Source of the DNA: Parasitella parasitica NRRL 2501
Lineage: Eukaryota; Fungi; Mucoromycota
Assembly (NCBI GenBank): GCA_025201805.1
Contig: MU619270.1
Location: 182,397-246,396, forward strand
Reading direction: 5' to 3'
Length of the DNA stretch: 64,000 nt
Part shown: piece after piece, positions 1 to 12,549 of the stretch
How the letters are laid out: each line of letters starts with the position of its first letter
Position numbering within the stretch: position 1 is the stretch's first letter
Translations under genes and position numbers: made by a program
The notes under the pieces: model-generated
Databases searched by the model: none
What the model was told of the DNA's origin: nothing
Seen by the model: the letters and a program-made list of their open reading frames with translations, nothing else

Positions 1-292
1 ACACTTGCAAAGTTTCCATGGCTTCCAAAATCACACGCATAGGCTGCGCCATATTCGGGTAGATGATGTCTTTGAATCTGTTGTGCTCCCTTTTAGAGAA
101 GCCTCTATCGTGGATAGTAAATCTCATTTGCTTTAATACGGTGGATTTTCCCGGTTCACCAACACCCAAGATTATTAGTTTAACTTCGTGCGGCAAGGCT
201 GTTTTAGCTTGTTCGATTTGTGAATCAATTTCCTTGCTGCGAGTGGCATCTTGCTCTGACTCAAATGGTTGTTTTGACAGCCTACAGCCCAT
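1..292 (-). CDS. Heterotrimeric G-protein alpha subunit, N-terminal part (runs off the window start); divergent P-loop
   Basis: Not in the ORF track. Manual translation from ATG at 292 (minus): MGCRLSKQPFESEQDATRSKEIDSQIEQAKTALPHEVKLIILGVGEPGKSTVLKQMRFTIHDRGFSKREHNRFKDIIYPNMAQPMRVILEAMETLQV. It has the MGC lipidation start, a G1 box matching KLLLLGAGESGKST and the KQM...RVILEAM helix of fungal G-alpha. Confidence 0.9.
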   Translation of the reverse strand, partial: MGCRLSKQPFESEQDATRSKEIDSQIEQAKTALPHEVKLIILGVGEPGKSTVLKQMRFTIHDRGFSKREHNRFKDIIYPNMAQPMRVILEAMETLQV

Positions 293-2075
293 ATTTGTCA
301 AAGTTATCATTTCAGAACAAAAACGATCATTAGAGACAATATCTTTTCACTTTGTTACTCGAAAACTTTTGTTTGCTTGTACCAAACTAAACCATCAGCC
401 AAAGAAATTACCGATGAAGCGTTTTGGTCCCTAAAGACATGAAAGTGCTGTGAAAATGACCTTGTCTTTCATGCTATCTGTGCATATTGCAGTATCTAGA
501 AATCAATTAATTAATAATCCTGTAGCTGTTTTCATACGACTTTAACATAAGGTGAATGACAGAACTTGCACCAAACTGTCTTGAATGCGGACTACTTGGC
601 AGGGCTCGGGATATTGCCACATATTACAAGATCGTTTATCACTACCATAAATGCTTTCTTTGCCTTTTAAAGCACAGGCTTGTGCTACAAGGTAGCAAAT
701 TTCATCTCGATTTGAAACAAACATATGGTTGTTACCAATTGTTAACATATTTCGAGAGGATATCGAAACAAAACATGATAAAAGGTAAAACCATACAGAT
801 TTTGAAAACATGATCATATTTAGATGTTGCAGGCAAACAAACAAACAAGCAGATAAGTTTTTGGTCCCTGAAAAAGACCTGCATAGCTTTAATAGAAGAC
901 TCATCAAATTGCAAAAGATACATTTTGGTGCTATTTTGAAGCAAGGAAATAAATTGATCGTATGCATAATCTGTACGATATAGAAATGAACCTCTGAAGC
1001 GTTATTTGCTTCAAAGATAATATGATGTGATTTTCTGTAAAATGCAAATAAAATTGAGGCTGATGAGGACAAAATTGTGATCATGGCTTGTCTCAATAGT
1101 TTTTCGTGGCCTCATCGTGTTGTCTATGTACTAATAAACATGAAGCCATTCCATTGTTGTTATATTTAATTAGCAGAGATATAATTTCTTCCAACTTTTA
1201 TGCAAAATACACAGCCGAAAAAACTGCTGGATGATGATTAATCGTATTGGAATCGTTACATGGCACCAGATAAAGGCAAAAATATCCTGATTGCTCGACA
1301 TTTAACATTCGAGAATTGGTAGGATTGAGTTTGATACCATGGGAGGCCAATATGTATTGTTTAAAAATATCTGTATGCAAATATAAAGGATGGCAGTCGG
1401 GTTAGACAATGAATTGACACGGTGCAACATTGGACATTTGATTGACTTGTATGTATTTATATCGCACGTATTATTTATGAGATACCGGAAATATGAATTT
1501 CAAACTCTAGAGATATATCGATAGTTTTCAAAACTTCTTCTTTTCTCCAATGCTAAATACCGGATAATACACACACATTTGATAGTTACACTGATGGTCG
1601 GCATGGTTTTGCAACCAAAAAGTTCACTTTAGCCTGTATAGGCTTGAATAATGTTATAAATACACATATGCTTTGACAATCAAAGTTGGAACACTGAATT
1701 CACCACACTATATACGTTGACTTAACCAGCCATGCGATAACGAACATGATAGATCAAAAGCAAGGTTTTTTAATTTATGCATACAATAAAAAGTGTGTCG
1801 GATAGATACTTTTCTTGTTTGGTAATAGGCCGTCGCTGCCATGTTGGCATTAACCGCATTTGATAATTTCAAGTGACAATAAAAAGGATACAACACAAAA
1901 TGGTGGAAACCAATTTATGGTGTTGTTGTTTCCACATCCATAAAAGGAAATATCCTGAGCACACAAAAGTTGAAGATTGAAAACAATAAAAGTTTATAAA
2001 TAGAGCAAACGCTTTGATGTCTTTTGTTTTCACCTTCTTCTGGTTTCTATTCTTCATCAGCACTCTAATAGAAAA

Positions 2076-5000
2076 ATGAATTCATCGAAAGAAAACCTGA
2101 CAAGACCCCGAAGTAATAATCTTGGAGTAAGAACCGATTATCGTAGACCTGTATCTCCATCCAACAGTAGCGGCATTTCAGACTACAAACGCAGCAGAAG
2201 CCCTGTTCCTGATAGCCTTTCAAGCGATGGGTCAGACTTGAGCAAATACGGCCGTAGGCCTCTTCCAACAGCCACAATGTCCTCTGGCTCAAGTTCTGGG
2301 CAGTCTGTTGCAGCTCTGCAACAACATCATCAATGGTTGATGCAGCAGCAAAGTGCCAATTCTGCTTCTTCACGTAATAATTATAGATCTGTATCTCCCG
2401 GACCCCGTCCCACAAGAGCAATGAATGGAAACAGTGGCAGGCAAATCAATCAGCAACAGCAACAGTACAATGCCCCACTGGGTAATCACAATAACGGTGA
2501 AGATGCCGATGTAGTTTTTGATGATGTCGCTGACGAAGACGACGGTGATGATGTAGAGGAAGAGCGCATGATAGTTATTCAAGATGTGCGGTCAAGGTCA
2601 AGGTCTCCTAGTATTAACAGAGGTAAAACTGTGCATAGACATGTGCTTCAGAATAGCAACTCATCGTCTATATTTTACAGGAAGTGGCGGATCAATCATC
2701 TCTGTTCAAGCCGCACCTAGTTTCTGTCATACCACGCCTACAGGACCACAAGAATCCAAGGTAATTATATATAAAATATGTTTATAATGCATCTAATAAA
2801 TGTGTGTTTGATATTTGGCAGATTGTGAGAGAAGGTTGGCTTTACAAAAAGAATGGATTAATGGTAACACAACTTTTAACATTATTTACTTTTTTCCTAA
2901 TGCAGGTTACTTTTATTCCTTTTCTTATTTAGCAATGGAAGCCTGTTTATGCAGTCGCCAAACATGGAACTTCTGTCAAGTCTGGCTCGCTATATCTGTA
3001 CAAAGACATCAAGGTAAGCCGTTATAACCACATTGAAAATTTCATCATCTCATACGCCAAGTTACAGTGTAAAAGCCATATCCAAACTTATGATATGGGC
3101 GAAGTAACTCAGGTGTCCCCAAGATCTCAAGAATACAAAGAAAACATTAAATGGGAGATTAGCATGGTTGTCAAAGGAGATGACGTTATCTTGGCTGCTG
3201 ATGCTATGCTTGCTCGTAAAGATTGGATAGATTCCTTGACCTCCATCATGGGAAAGGTATCCATAGCTACGCAAAACGAGCTGGCGTCCCGCATCCAATC
3301 CTCAGAGCAGATGAACCGAGACCTTCAAGGTGTTGCTGAAGAACTTGACAATGAAAACCAAAAACTGAAAGAGCAGTTTCAAGCCCTCAAAGATAGTTCC
3401 GCCAAGAAAGAGCGCTTCTTTCAACAAGAACTGTTGAACCGTGAGACTGAATTGAAAGAAGCTCTTACCAAGAGGGAGAGAGCGTTTCAGCAAGAATTAC
3501 AAGATAGAGAAGAAGAAATGAATACTGAAATGGACCGCCAACGTCAAGCGTTGGAAACCAAATGCGAAATATTTGAACGTGAGGCAATGCAATGGAGAAG
3601 TAAATATAATGAATTGGAAAAAAGGGGCAGCAGCAGCGGCAACAGCGGCAGCATGAGATCTGATAACAGCAAGGTTGAATCATTGGAGATCGAAGTGCGT
3701 AAATGGAAAAACAGAGTCGACGAATTGGAGCATCAGCAAAAGCAGACTGAATACAGAAATGTCTCTAGAAACACCCGAAGCAATGACAGTTCATTTGACG
3801 GTAGCGATACCTTGAAAGAAACCATGTCAGATGTGAAATTCAATTTACAAGTTCTGCGAGACCAGATCAAGAATTCTTCTGAAGGACCTCTTTTAGATAT
3901 CAAATCAAGTGTCAACAAACTTTGCGATACACTCGATGATGCCAAGATGGGCTGGAATGATCTTCAAAGCGACATCATCAAGTTTTTGGAAACTGAAAGA
4001 GACGACGCTAATATCAAAGACTCGAAACAAAAGCATATGATGGACTTACTACGCAACGAATTCGCCAGTTTACGCCAGGAGCTTGTTGGTGTCTCTGCTG
4101 ATGATGACAGTGATCAAGAGGAAAAAGATAAGGATGCTAAATTGCCTTCTCTGTCTGAAAAGTTTGACATCTTGATTCAAATGGTTGAGAATGTTCAAAT
4201 TAGCCAATCCCGTCTCTCTTCATCCATGATGGATAACAATTCGACATCGTCGAGCGACAGCGGCCTGCCCTCCACCCCTCCTTTATCACATGTTGGCAAA
4301 GACTCTGAATTGTACAAGGCTGTTGCATCTCAACATAAGCAGCTGACTGAATGGATTCAAGAGTCGAGGGAAATGCAAAACTCGTCGTCAACTACCGATA
4401 TTGGCCGATTGCATGAAAAGATTACTCAAACTATCAGCGTTGCCATGTCTGAAATAATGGATAATCAACAGCAAGGCCAAGATGAACAAACAAAGAACAT
4501 CAAAGTCATTGGAAACTACTTGAAATTGATCTCCAACGACATCCAAGAGAGCGCCATCCCAGACTTGTCCGCTTTATCTCAGCAGCTCGAAGATGTTGTC
4601 GAAAGATTGTGCACAACAGAGGAGCGTCTCTCGATGCTCAATGGAACATCCTCATACGTATCTGCACACCAGCAAGAGGACGTCATGTCTTTCCGCAATA
4701 TGCCTCCTCCTTCGCCTTCGTCTGTGGCATTGAGTGATGATGAGAAGCTGTCTCAATTGCACACTTTTGTCAAGAATACTGAGCGATTCATGGAGCGTTC
4801 ACTTTGCATCCTTAGTCAATACGGCAACAACCCCAATGGAATGGAGGAAACAATCCGTCGTGCTGTCAAAGGAGCCTCTAAAACACACTCTGGGGAGCTT
4901 TTAACCATTCAAGAGCAAAACAAGGCCGAGAGAGACATGATTGAAAAAAAAATGAAGCGCTACGAAGAAAATGCTCGCGGCTTCTTTGAGAAATCAATGG

Positions 5001-5812
5001 AAAAGATGCACACTGATCTTCACGAATTTACCGGTGTTATGTATGGAATGCTTGAAAAGCTGGTGCTGGAGGCTTTGGAGCACTCGTCCGCCACATCCCC
5101 ATCTGCATTCACCAGCCAAGATGACCAACCGCAACAAAAATCGATCCAGAATGTAGTTGAGCTATACGCAAAGCTTTCTGGCTTGAATCAAGTTCTCAAG
5201 GCAGAGATCACACGACTTACAGAAGAAAAAGAAGAACTGGAATCTACTGTTAAATTCATGAAAAAGAGTAGTAAGGATTTAGAGCGACAGATTGAAAAGC
5301 AAACCCAACAGCTCGAGACAGCAAAATCTGAATACGAAAGAATCCAAAGAGACGTTCAGAAAACTCGACACGAAGGTACAACCGACCTGTTGGCTAAGGA
5401 GTTGGAGCCTTTAATGCAGCAAATCGCCAAGCTGCGAAAAATGGCAGCTGTAAACGATGAGTTTTCTGAGAACTTGAAGAGCAACCACGAAAAGGTATTT
5501 TATGCTGAATCTTCCCAAAATGAATGTATATGCTAATCATGTATATTTTCATAGCAACCAAGTCGATCAAAATCACCGTTGCCTAGTCCCCACTATTACA
5601 CAGAAGAAGACGACGAAGACAAGTTACGATTCCCAACCATGAATATGCGCAGCAGAAGAAGGTCATTTACATCTCAATACTCGGATAGCACCGGCTCTGA
5701 TAACAAGCATTATGACCAACAATCAATCAAGTCCCCATTGATTGGCAGTAGAGAGCGACCAAGAGAAAGAACTCCTTTAGCAAGTTATTTGGAGCGTAAT
5801 AATAAGCAATAA
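2076..5812 (+). CDS. PH-domain protein with long C-terminal coiled coil (multi-exon)
   Basis: ORFs 2076-2720 and 3095-5536 are joined by small GT-AG exons (about 2681-2760, 2822-2862, 2933-3013). These spell IVREGWLYKKNGLMQWKPVYAV...SLYLYKDIKCKSHIQTYDMGEVTQV...KDWIDSL, a PH-fold pattern. The remainder is E/K/Q-rich with heptads; the last exon is about 5555-5812. Confidence 0.8.
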
Positions 5813-6933
5813 TAAATAAAAATACATATACCACAATAGTAAACATAACCAACATGAGTCTATCCAAAGAATTCCTTCTTTTTCTCCACCTCATTCTTTT
5901 TTCTTCTTCACACACTCTCATTAAATTACTGTATACTTGCCTCGTCAATGTTAAGCAAGTCTGTCATGTTACTAAAGCGAATTTGCTCATTTTTTCCTCG
6001 AATACAAGTCATTAGACTTTCATTTCAAGGAACTTCTGTAATTGTATTTGCATATATACTCGACAATCTAATTGACTCACTCACTTTTTTTTTTTTTTTT
6101 TTTATTATTATTTGGAGCCATGTCTTCTATCTTACTACTACTACAAAAAAATGACTATGGTGAAGTAATAAATAAATACATTAGCGCAGATGCACTAGAA
6201 TAGGCTTATATCAATACGAAATCTACATTACACTCTGAAGCAAGCATGAACACAGGTCTTGCGCGATAAATAATAGATATTTAAAGGGTCCCCATTTAGA
6301 CACAAGCTTGCCAAGTGATCTATAGTGCATTTTACTCACCTGCCTTCTTCTTGCTCTTTTATTATTTTTACTACAAGAACCTTCAAAGCAATAAGGTAGG
6401 AAACACTGCTGCTCGTACGAAGCTTCTCAATTTGGTAGAAGATGCTGCTAATTTTGAAAAAATGTTATCCTGGCAATCATTGTAATGTTTAACGTGTACC
6501 TGAAGCTAGCATAGTAACATGAATTGACAGATGTTATAAAGGTTAGATCAATCATGTTGACAAAAGTTACATAGGTTTGAGCTAATATAGACTGCATGAG
6601 ACTGAAGGTGCTGAAGCACCGCGCATTGGAGTGCCCTAAAGCATGCTTGAATACAACGTTGTCTTTTCTTACGTATTTCATCCAAAGTGAAAATGTGTTT
6701 TGTACCAAAATTTATTGGGTACCAAAAAAAAAATCAAGCGTACTGATTAAGACTAAAATCCTGTAGTATAACTGAAATTCTCTATATGACATTTCGAAAT
6801 GTCATTGGAAATTCAATAAAAGGGGCACATCCATAGGAGAATTTTTTGCTGTTATCATTTCGATCTTGGGATATAGAAAACAATTGAACAACCTTCTCTC
6901 TCTCTCTCTCTCTCGCTTTTTCTTTTATATTTG

Positions 6934-8158
6934 ATGTATCGGTCGTATCATGATCCATGCCTAACTAGAGCAATTGCTCGTCAAGATGAAGCACTGGAGG
7001 ATTTGATTCAATCCACTCGTCAAGTCATTCAAAAGCATACAACCTTTTTAGCGAATAATAACGATAGCAATTACCATCGCCATCAACACCGTCGTGGCAC
7101 TATTCATAATAAACCTCAATTGCAGGTACAAACACAATGTACAAATCACTGCTGCTCGGATAAAACTAGGCGGATACCTCCCAAAAACTACGATCTTACG
7201 ACTCAATCACATCCACATCGACAGTCTCCCCAGCAGCAGCCTCAGCAACATCAGGTTCCAAAAAAATCCAGGACAAAGACCTGGTTCAACAAAATCATTC
7301 CTTCTAAGCTGCAATATGAAATAGACGATGAAATGGGGCTACACGAGTTGAAAAAGAGGATTCACAAACAGAAACACTTGAAGCAGGAGCAACTGCCACA
7401 TGTAAAGACAAGCAGTCGGCCCATGATTATACCCTCAGTTTCTTCATCGCCAGAAAAGGTCGTTGTTGTGGATGTACCGGCAGATACAACAGTAATTCTT
7501 CGAAACATAGCTGCAGATGATGTCAAAAATTGCCAGATGGCAGCCATATATCATATTACAGACATGGATATTATTAATCAATTGTTTGACCATGTAAGCT
7601 TGAGCGGATCCAAGAGCACAGGAGACATCAAAAAATGTAAGTAAACAAAAGTTGAGCGAGCCAGTGAGTATGATTTTGCATACTTACTCTTTCGGCAAGC
7701 TTCTACTGCCCACTCTCCGCTTTCTTTCAGCAATAAGGTGTCAAAGAGCTGTACGATGCAACCAACATCTATACAAACTGGCGGCATTCACACAGACGGT
7801 GGCCCAAATAGATCGTCGTCTACGTGTTCATCAGCAACGCTATTGGTAATGAAACGTGTAAAGTTCTCGTTTGAGTAGTTGCATAATTAATAGATGTATA
7901 TATATGCAGAATGATCAGCCATCATTGAAAAAGCCAAAAGGAATGACCAAGTACTTGTCTATGCCTAGGCAACTGAATTTACAGCCGCAAAAGTTTAATT
8001 ACATGGACAGTGATGCCAGCACTATAGATTATCGAGGAGACAACTCTCCCTCCTCTCTGTCATCCACATCATCCTCATTGTACTGCAGTAACCCAAGAGG
8101 AGCAATGAAACATGAAAGACTGCGAGCACATAACCACACAAGGTCCTGGATGCGTTGA
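6934..8158 (+). CDS. Hypothetical low-complexity protein (probably 3 exons)
   Basis: 237-aa ORF behind a (CT)n 5' tract. Phase-compatible GT-AG joins are possible at about 7594-7737 and 7846-7909 into the 7910-8158 exon. No recognisable domain. Confidence 0.55.
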
Positions 8159-8465
8159 GATTTCGAAACAATTCAGGAGAACTAAAAACTTGTTTTTTTT
8201 TTTTTTTTATACAGACAAACCCTAACACTTGAAATACGACAAATGTTGCTTAAATAAAAGTAAAAAAACACGGCTACAAGTATGGTACATTTTTACTTTA
8301 TGAAATAAGCTGAGAACGACGTCCTTTACCAAAACAAACCAGACGCTAATAATTAGACAAGTATGTTTGAGGTGGGACAGAGGTGTAAACATTGTATATA
8401 TAATATAATATGTACGTTTGCTTGTTCTTGCTCTTTCTTCTTGTCTTTTCACATGTAGGGCAAAA

Positions 8466-10505
8466 ATGCCACTTGGAAATTTAACTAGACAGCCAGAGTA
8501 CAGTAAGTTCCCGTGCACACACTAGACATTTACTGACATCCTGCATAGTCTTTGAACGTATAAAAAACGAGAGTCTGTCGTCGCAAAGCGCTCCATCATC
8601 CCATGCAATTCAACATACCACAACATCTGCACCTACAGCTCGGAAGGAATGGTCATTTCACCCAACGGATAGCAGTATTGTCAGCGACCCCGACGCCAAC
8701 GAGTTTATAGTGGCGTCCAACATTGCAAACAACAGCTTGCCCATTTCCTTCTTCGACTACAACATTGCATTCACCACTTGCACATCAGGCGCAGATCAGC
8801 AGCAAGAGCAAGCGCGGCAAAGAGGTGATGATAACGATGTCTCATTGCCCACAGGTTGGTCATTGGCTGGACGAAAAAGATCCATCTTTGAGCTGGACAC
8901 CAACATTCATACCCTCAGTCAGCTGTATTCAACACTAGCAGACCTTCGAAGCCAATTATCCGAAACCGTAGCTGATCAAGTAGAACAGCCCTTTGGAAAG
9001 AAGCCTAGTCTTCGACCCACTCGATCATCGACAGACGACTACATGTTTCTGTTGTCGAGATCTGAGTCATTCGGCAACACGTCCAGTTCTCCCTGTGAGA
9101 CGAGCGCCATGGATACCGGGGAGGAGCATCAGCACCCGCAAGAAAAACAGCAAGACAGCCATAATAGCCACTATTTTCACCTCCGTTGGACTTATCCTGA
9201 CTTTATCTTTGAATCACTAGTTCATGTTTATTTAGACTGCATCTGTTTCACACGAGTCCAACCTAAAAAACTGCTGGATCAACATCGTCAGGGCACCAAC
9301 TTGGACAAAGCCTACACTTGCGCCATTTACGCTTACGCAGCTTTACACGCTTTGCTGTGTCACCCCGATAAATTTGGCATCTATTCGTTCATGAACCAGC
9401 TGGCTGTGGATGCATACCATGCTGCGTTTGATATGGTTGAATTCGACTCGATGGATGCAGTGACGTGCGAAACACTGGTGATCATGCACCAGTATCTAAT
9501 GACAGTAGGACAAGATGGAGAGGCCCGCAACTTGTTTTGTTTGGCGCAAAGACAAATGGAGCTGCTGCTATCAGCAAAAAATCAGCATCCGCAAGATGTG
9601 CATCGTCTTTATGCGTGGATGGCAGAGTTGGATTGGTCTTTTGCCCTAACAAAATTCACTGCTCCTCTGATAGAATATCGCCAACTAAAGACATCTCTTG
9701 ATCAAATCAAGCCTGTGACGACAAACTTTGACGATGACCAGTTGTACGTGAAAGCGATCAAGTTTAAGATCAAGGGGCTGCGTATTCTGCTTTTGAACCA
9801 CCACCACCAACAGCCATCGACAGACACCTGTGCTAACCGATTACACCAGCAATTGAATCGATGGAGAACGAAATATCTCGAGACCTTTTTGTATAAAAGA
9901 CACGCGCCCAATAATGACCAGCCAACAGCCTACACACTGGAAGATAAACTAGCGTTACGGCTGCATGCCCTTTATTTCGCTGGTATGTTGGAGCTTCATC
10001 AGCAACACATGCTACAGGGATTTGAGTCGGATCAATTGTGGGGATCATCCGGAGAACAATGGCCCGACTACTTTAGCCGTTTGTCCTCTACCACATCCTC
10101 GTTTGAAATTTCCAGCGAACAAAGTCAAGTAGAAAAGGGTTTATATAGAAGCATGGATGCAGCTTATGGTTTCATACAAGTGATTCGTTTGCTACTGGAT
10201 GAAATGGATAGATGCATTTTGCCTCAGGTACTCACTCATGCTGTAGCCTTGTGCACTGGAAAAATGTCTATTTATACTAAACGCAACCCACTTGTCATGT
10301 GTAGATGATTGATACGCTGTCGGCTGCATGTACTGTCCTTTACTTTGGAAACAAGGTTGTATTATCCAATAAAGAAATGGTGCAGAAATCACAAGAGGCA
10401 CTTTCATTTGTGGTGCATGCATTTCTCACTTCTACTACTTTTGCCATGATGGAATGCCCCCGTATAGATAGATTTGTCAAGAAATGGGGGTCTCTAATGT
10501 CATGA
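8466..10505 (+). CDS. Fungal transcription-factor middle-homology-region (Fungal_trans-like) protein, no Zn-cluster seen
   Basis: ATG 8466; intron 8503-8548 (GTAAGT...CTGAC...TAG) joins in frame to the 532-aa ORF; second intron about 10228-10304. The segment LVHVYLDCI...YTCAIYAYAALHAL...AYHAAF resembles the MHR pattern. Confidence 0.65.
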
Positions 10506-10524
10506 ATAACAAATAAACTTGTAT

Positions 10525-11703
10525 TTAATTAATAGAGATTTCATGATACGGTTCATGTTGGTCGACAGTTTCAGATAACGTCAGCGCAGATATCGTTTCC
10601 TGCAGCATGGCAGTAATATGAACAAAATCGGGAGGCTCTCCTTGGCTATAATTCTTCTGCAATATTGCACGCAGCAGGTCAAGCAGCATGCTCAGCCGTA
10701 GCTGCGTTTCTTCCAGCCACAGCCTCCACTGGTAATGGTATGCTGGCCGCTTGTTGTGCGTCACTGTGTTGATGATGGACAAATATTCATTCTGATTTCG
10801 AATGTAAATCTTGAATCCCGCTTCCGTGCTGAAACTGACGTCGGAAGGCCTGGTTAAAAAAAAGTAGTTCATTTGATGATAGGCAAGATTGTCCAAATCT
10901 CTGCAGGAAATGAGGCTAGTTTGTGCCAAGGAACATACTAATTTGATGTGCAGCTTGAACTCTTTACTCGGCTTTATATTTTTGCTCGGCTCTCGCCTTT
11001 CTGAATAGGATGACTGATCTGCATGATGGTATTGGTATCTTGATCGGATCACTCGCAGCTGCTGTTGTAAATGGCTTGTTAATAAGCGATGAAAGATTCT
11101 AAGCACCATGTCTTCTTCCTCCAGAATGACCGCTAGTGTTTCTTGTAAGGTTGCCAAGAAATCCACCAAGATAACACCTGTGTAGCTTTGTGCGGGCCAT
11201 GGTTGTTGCTGTTGCTGCTGTTGCTGGGTACGTATAGTCGAGATGATTTGATCAAACTTTTGGCTGGGTGCGTCAGTTTCATGTGAATGGTTTATTTGAG
11301 AATGCAATGTGGAATCAAACAGACAGTGTTCTAGTAAGATGGCCAATGATTTATTCAATAAAAAGTCTAGAGAGAACGCCCTTCCTGATTTGCTCGGCAT
11401 GCGGTCGTATATTCCAATGGCAAGGTGGTTCGCCACAGACTGAATGATACGCTGTTGCTGTATATATCCAGCATTGCCGTGTCTGGTCAGGTAAGCTACA
11501 GCTGCATGTACACTTTGTCCGAATGGGTTAATGATGCGTGGTTTGATGAGATCGATTTGGTATTGCGATTGAAGTAGTTGGTACGACAATTTCCTGCTAG
11601 CATGCGAACAGGTGCCTAAATACCAGATGTCTGCAAATTCGAGATTTTGGCTAATTTGTAATATGAGCTCAAATGGTAGATCGAGAAGACCTGCGCTTGA
11701 CAT
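10525..11703 (-). CDS. F-box protein
   Basis: From ATG 11703: MSSAGLLDLPFELILQISQNLEFADIWYLGTCSHASRKL, a canonical F-box motif. Single exon. Confidence 0.8.
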   Translation of the reverse strand: MSSAGLLDLPFELILQISQNLEFADIWYLGTCSHASRKLSYQLLQSQYQIDLIKPRIINPFGQSVHAAVAYLTRHGNAGYIQQQRIIQSVANHLAIGIYDRMPSKSGRAFSLDFLLNKSLAILLEHCLFDSTLHSQINHSHETDAPSQKFDQIISTIRTQQQQQQQQPWPAQSYTGVILVDFLATLQETLAVILEEEDMVLRIFHRLLTSHLQQQLRVIRSRYQYHHADQSSYSERREPSKNIKPSKEFKLHIKLVCSLAQTSLISCRDLDNLAYHQMNYFFLTRPSDVSFSTEAGFKIYIRNQNEYLSIINTVTHNKRPAYHYQWRLWLEETQLRLSMLLDLLRAILQKNYSQGEPPDFVHITAMLQETISALTLSETVDQHEPYHEISIN

Positions 11704-12549
11704 TATGTTCCAGATATACGTTGATTGATTAATAATTTTACAAGAAAAAAAAAAAAAAAAAAAGAAAAGAAAAAAAGTATTGTTTATACGCCAAAACGGT
11801 AAACAGCAGTTCATTTTTACCTGCTTTGATGGTCATTTTCATTGGCCCAATTGCCTCTTTAATGTCGGTTGGGTTGAGTTCTGGAAGATATGCCTTTATT
11901 TCTTTCATTGACCAAGCACGGTACTCTCTTTGTTAAATCATTATAGACTGGAATCCCTTTATCTCTTAATAATTTTCTATAATATCAATGTCCAAAGTTT
12001 CTTGTAGAAAACAATGATAATCATAACTGTGAAAAATGACTCGATGTTTATTCTACATCTTTTCCAAATTAGTTGTCCTGAAAGCTTGATATTCTGGCTC
12101 AACAATACAATCCTCTAATGTAACGGAACTAATAGTGCAAAATCTAGCTCTTTTGAAATTTGAGTACAAATCTTAAACTTGCTTAAAGCCCCAAGTGTCG
12201 ACAAAGGATTTGCATGTCTTTTATATTATGCGAGGGGCTTGAAGCAGACATATATAAAATAAGTTTCAAAAAGCTCAACCGTTGAAAATAGTTGCAAAAG
12301 AACATTCGGATCTAACGCCAAGAAATTCGGGCTAGTGCCAATCGCTGCATCCTGCTTGTTTTTGTATTGAACAGCTAGTTTGTTGAAAAATAGTTCAGTT
12401 TAATGGTCTTTTTTTATTTTTATCTAGATGCTACATCGGGAGGGATTAAGTTTTTTCATTTCATTTTTTTAAAATAAACAAAAGAAAGAAAAATATAAAC
12501 AAAGAAAGCGAATGTATCTATAATTACAGGATATAAGAAGAACAGGAAA

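Noticed and set aside
63-434. 123-aa plus-strand ORF
   Set aside because: Antisense shadow of the G-alpha coding sequence.
542-1530. 184-aa and other short ORFs, possible decayed gene
   Set aside because: No recognisable motif, non-ATG starts and inconsistent frames; cannot be supported without a search.
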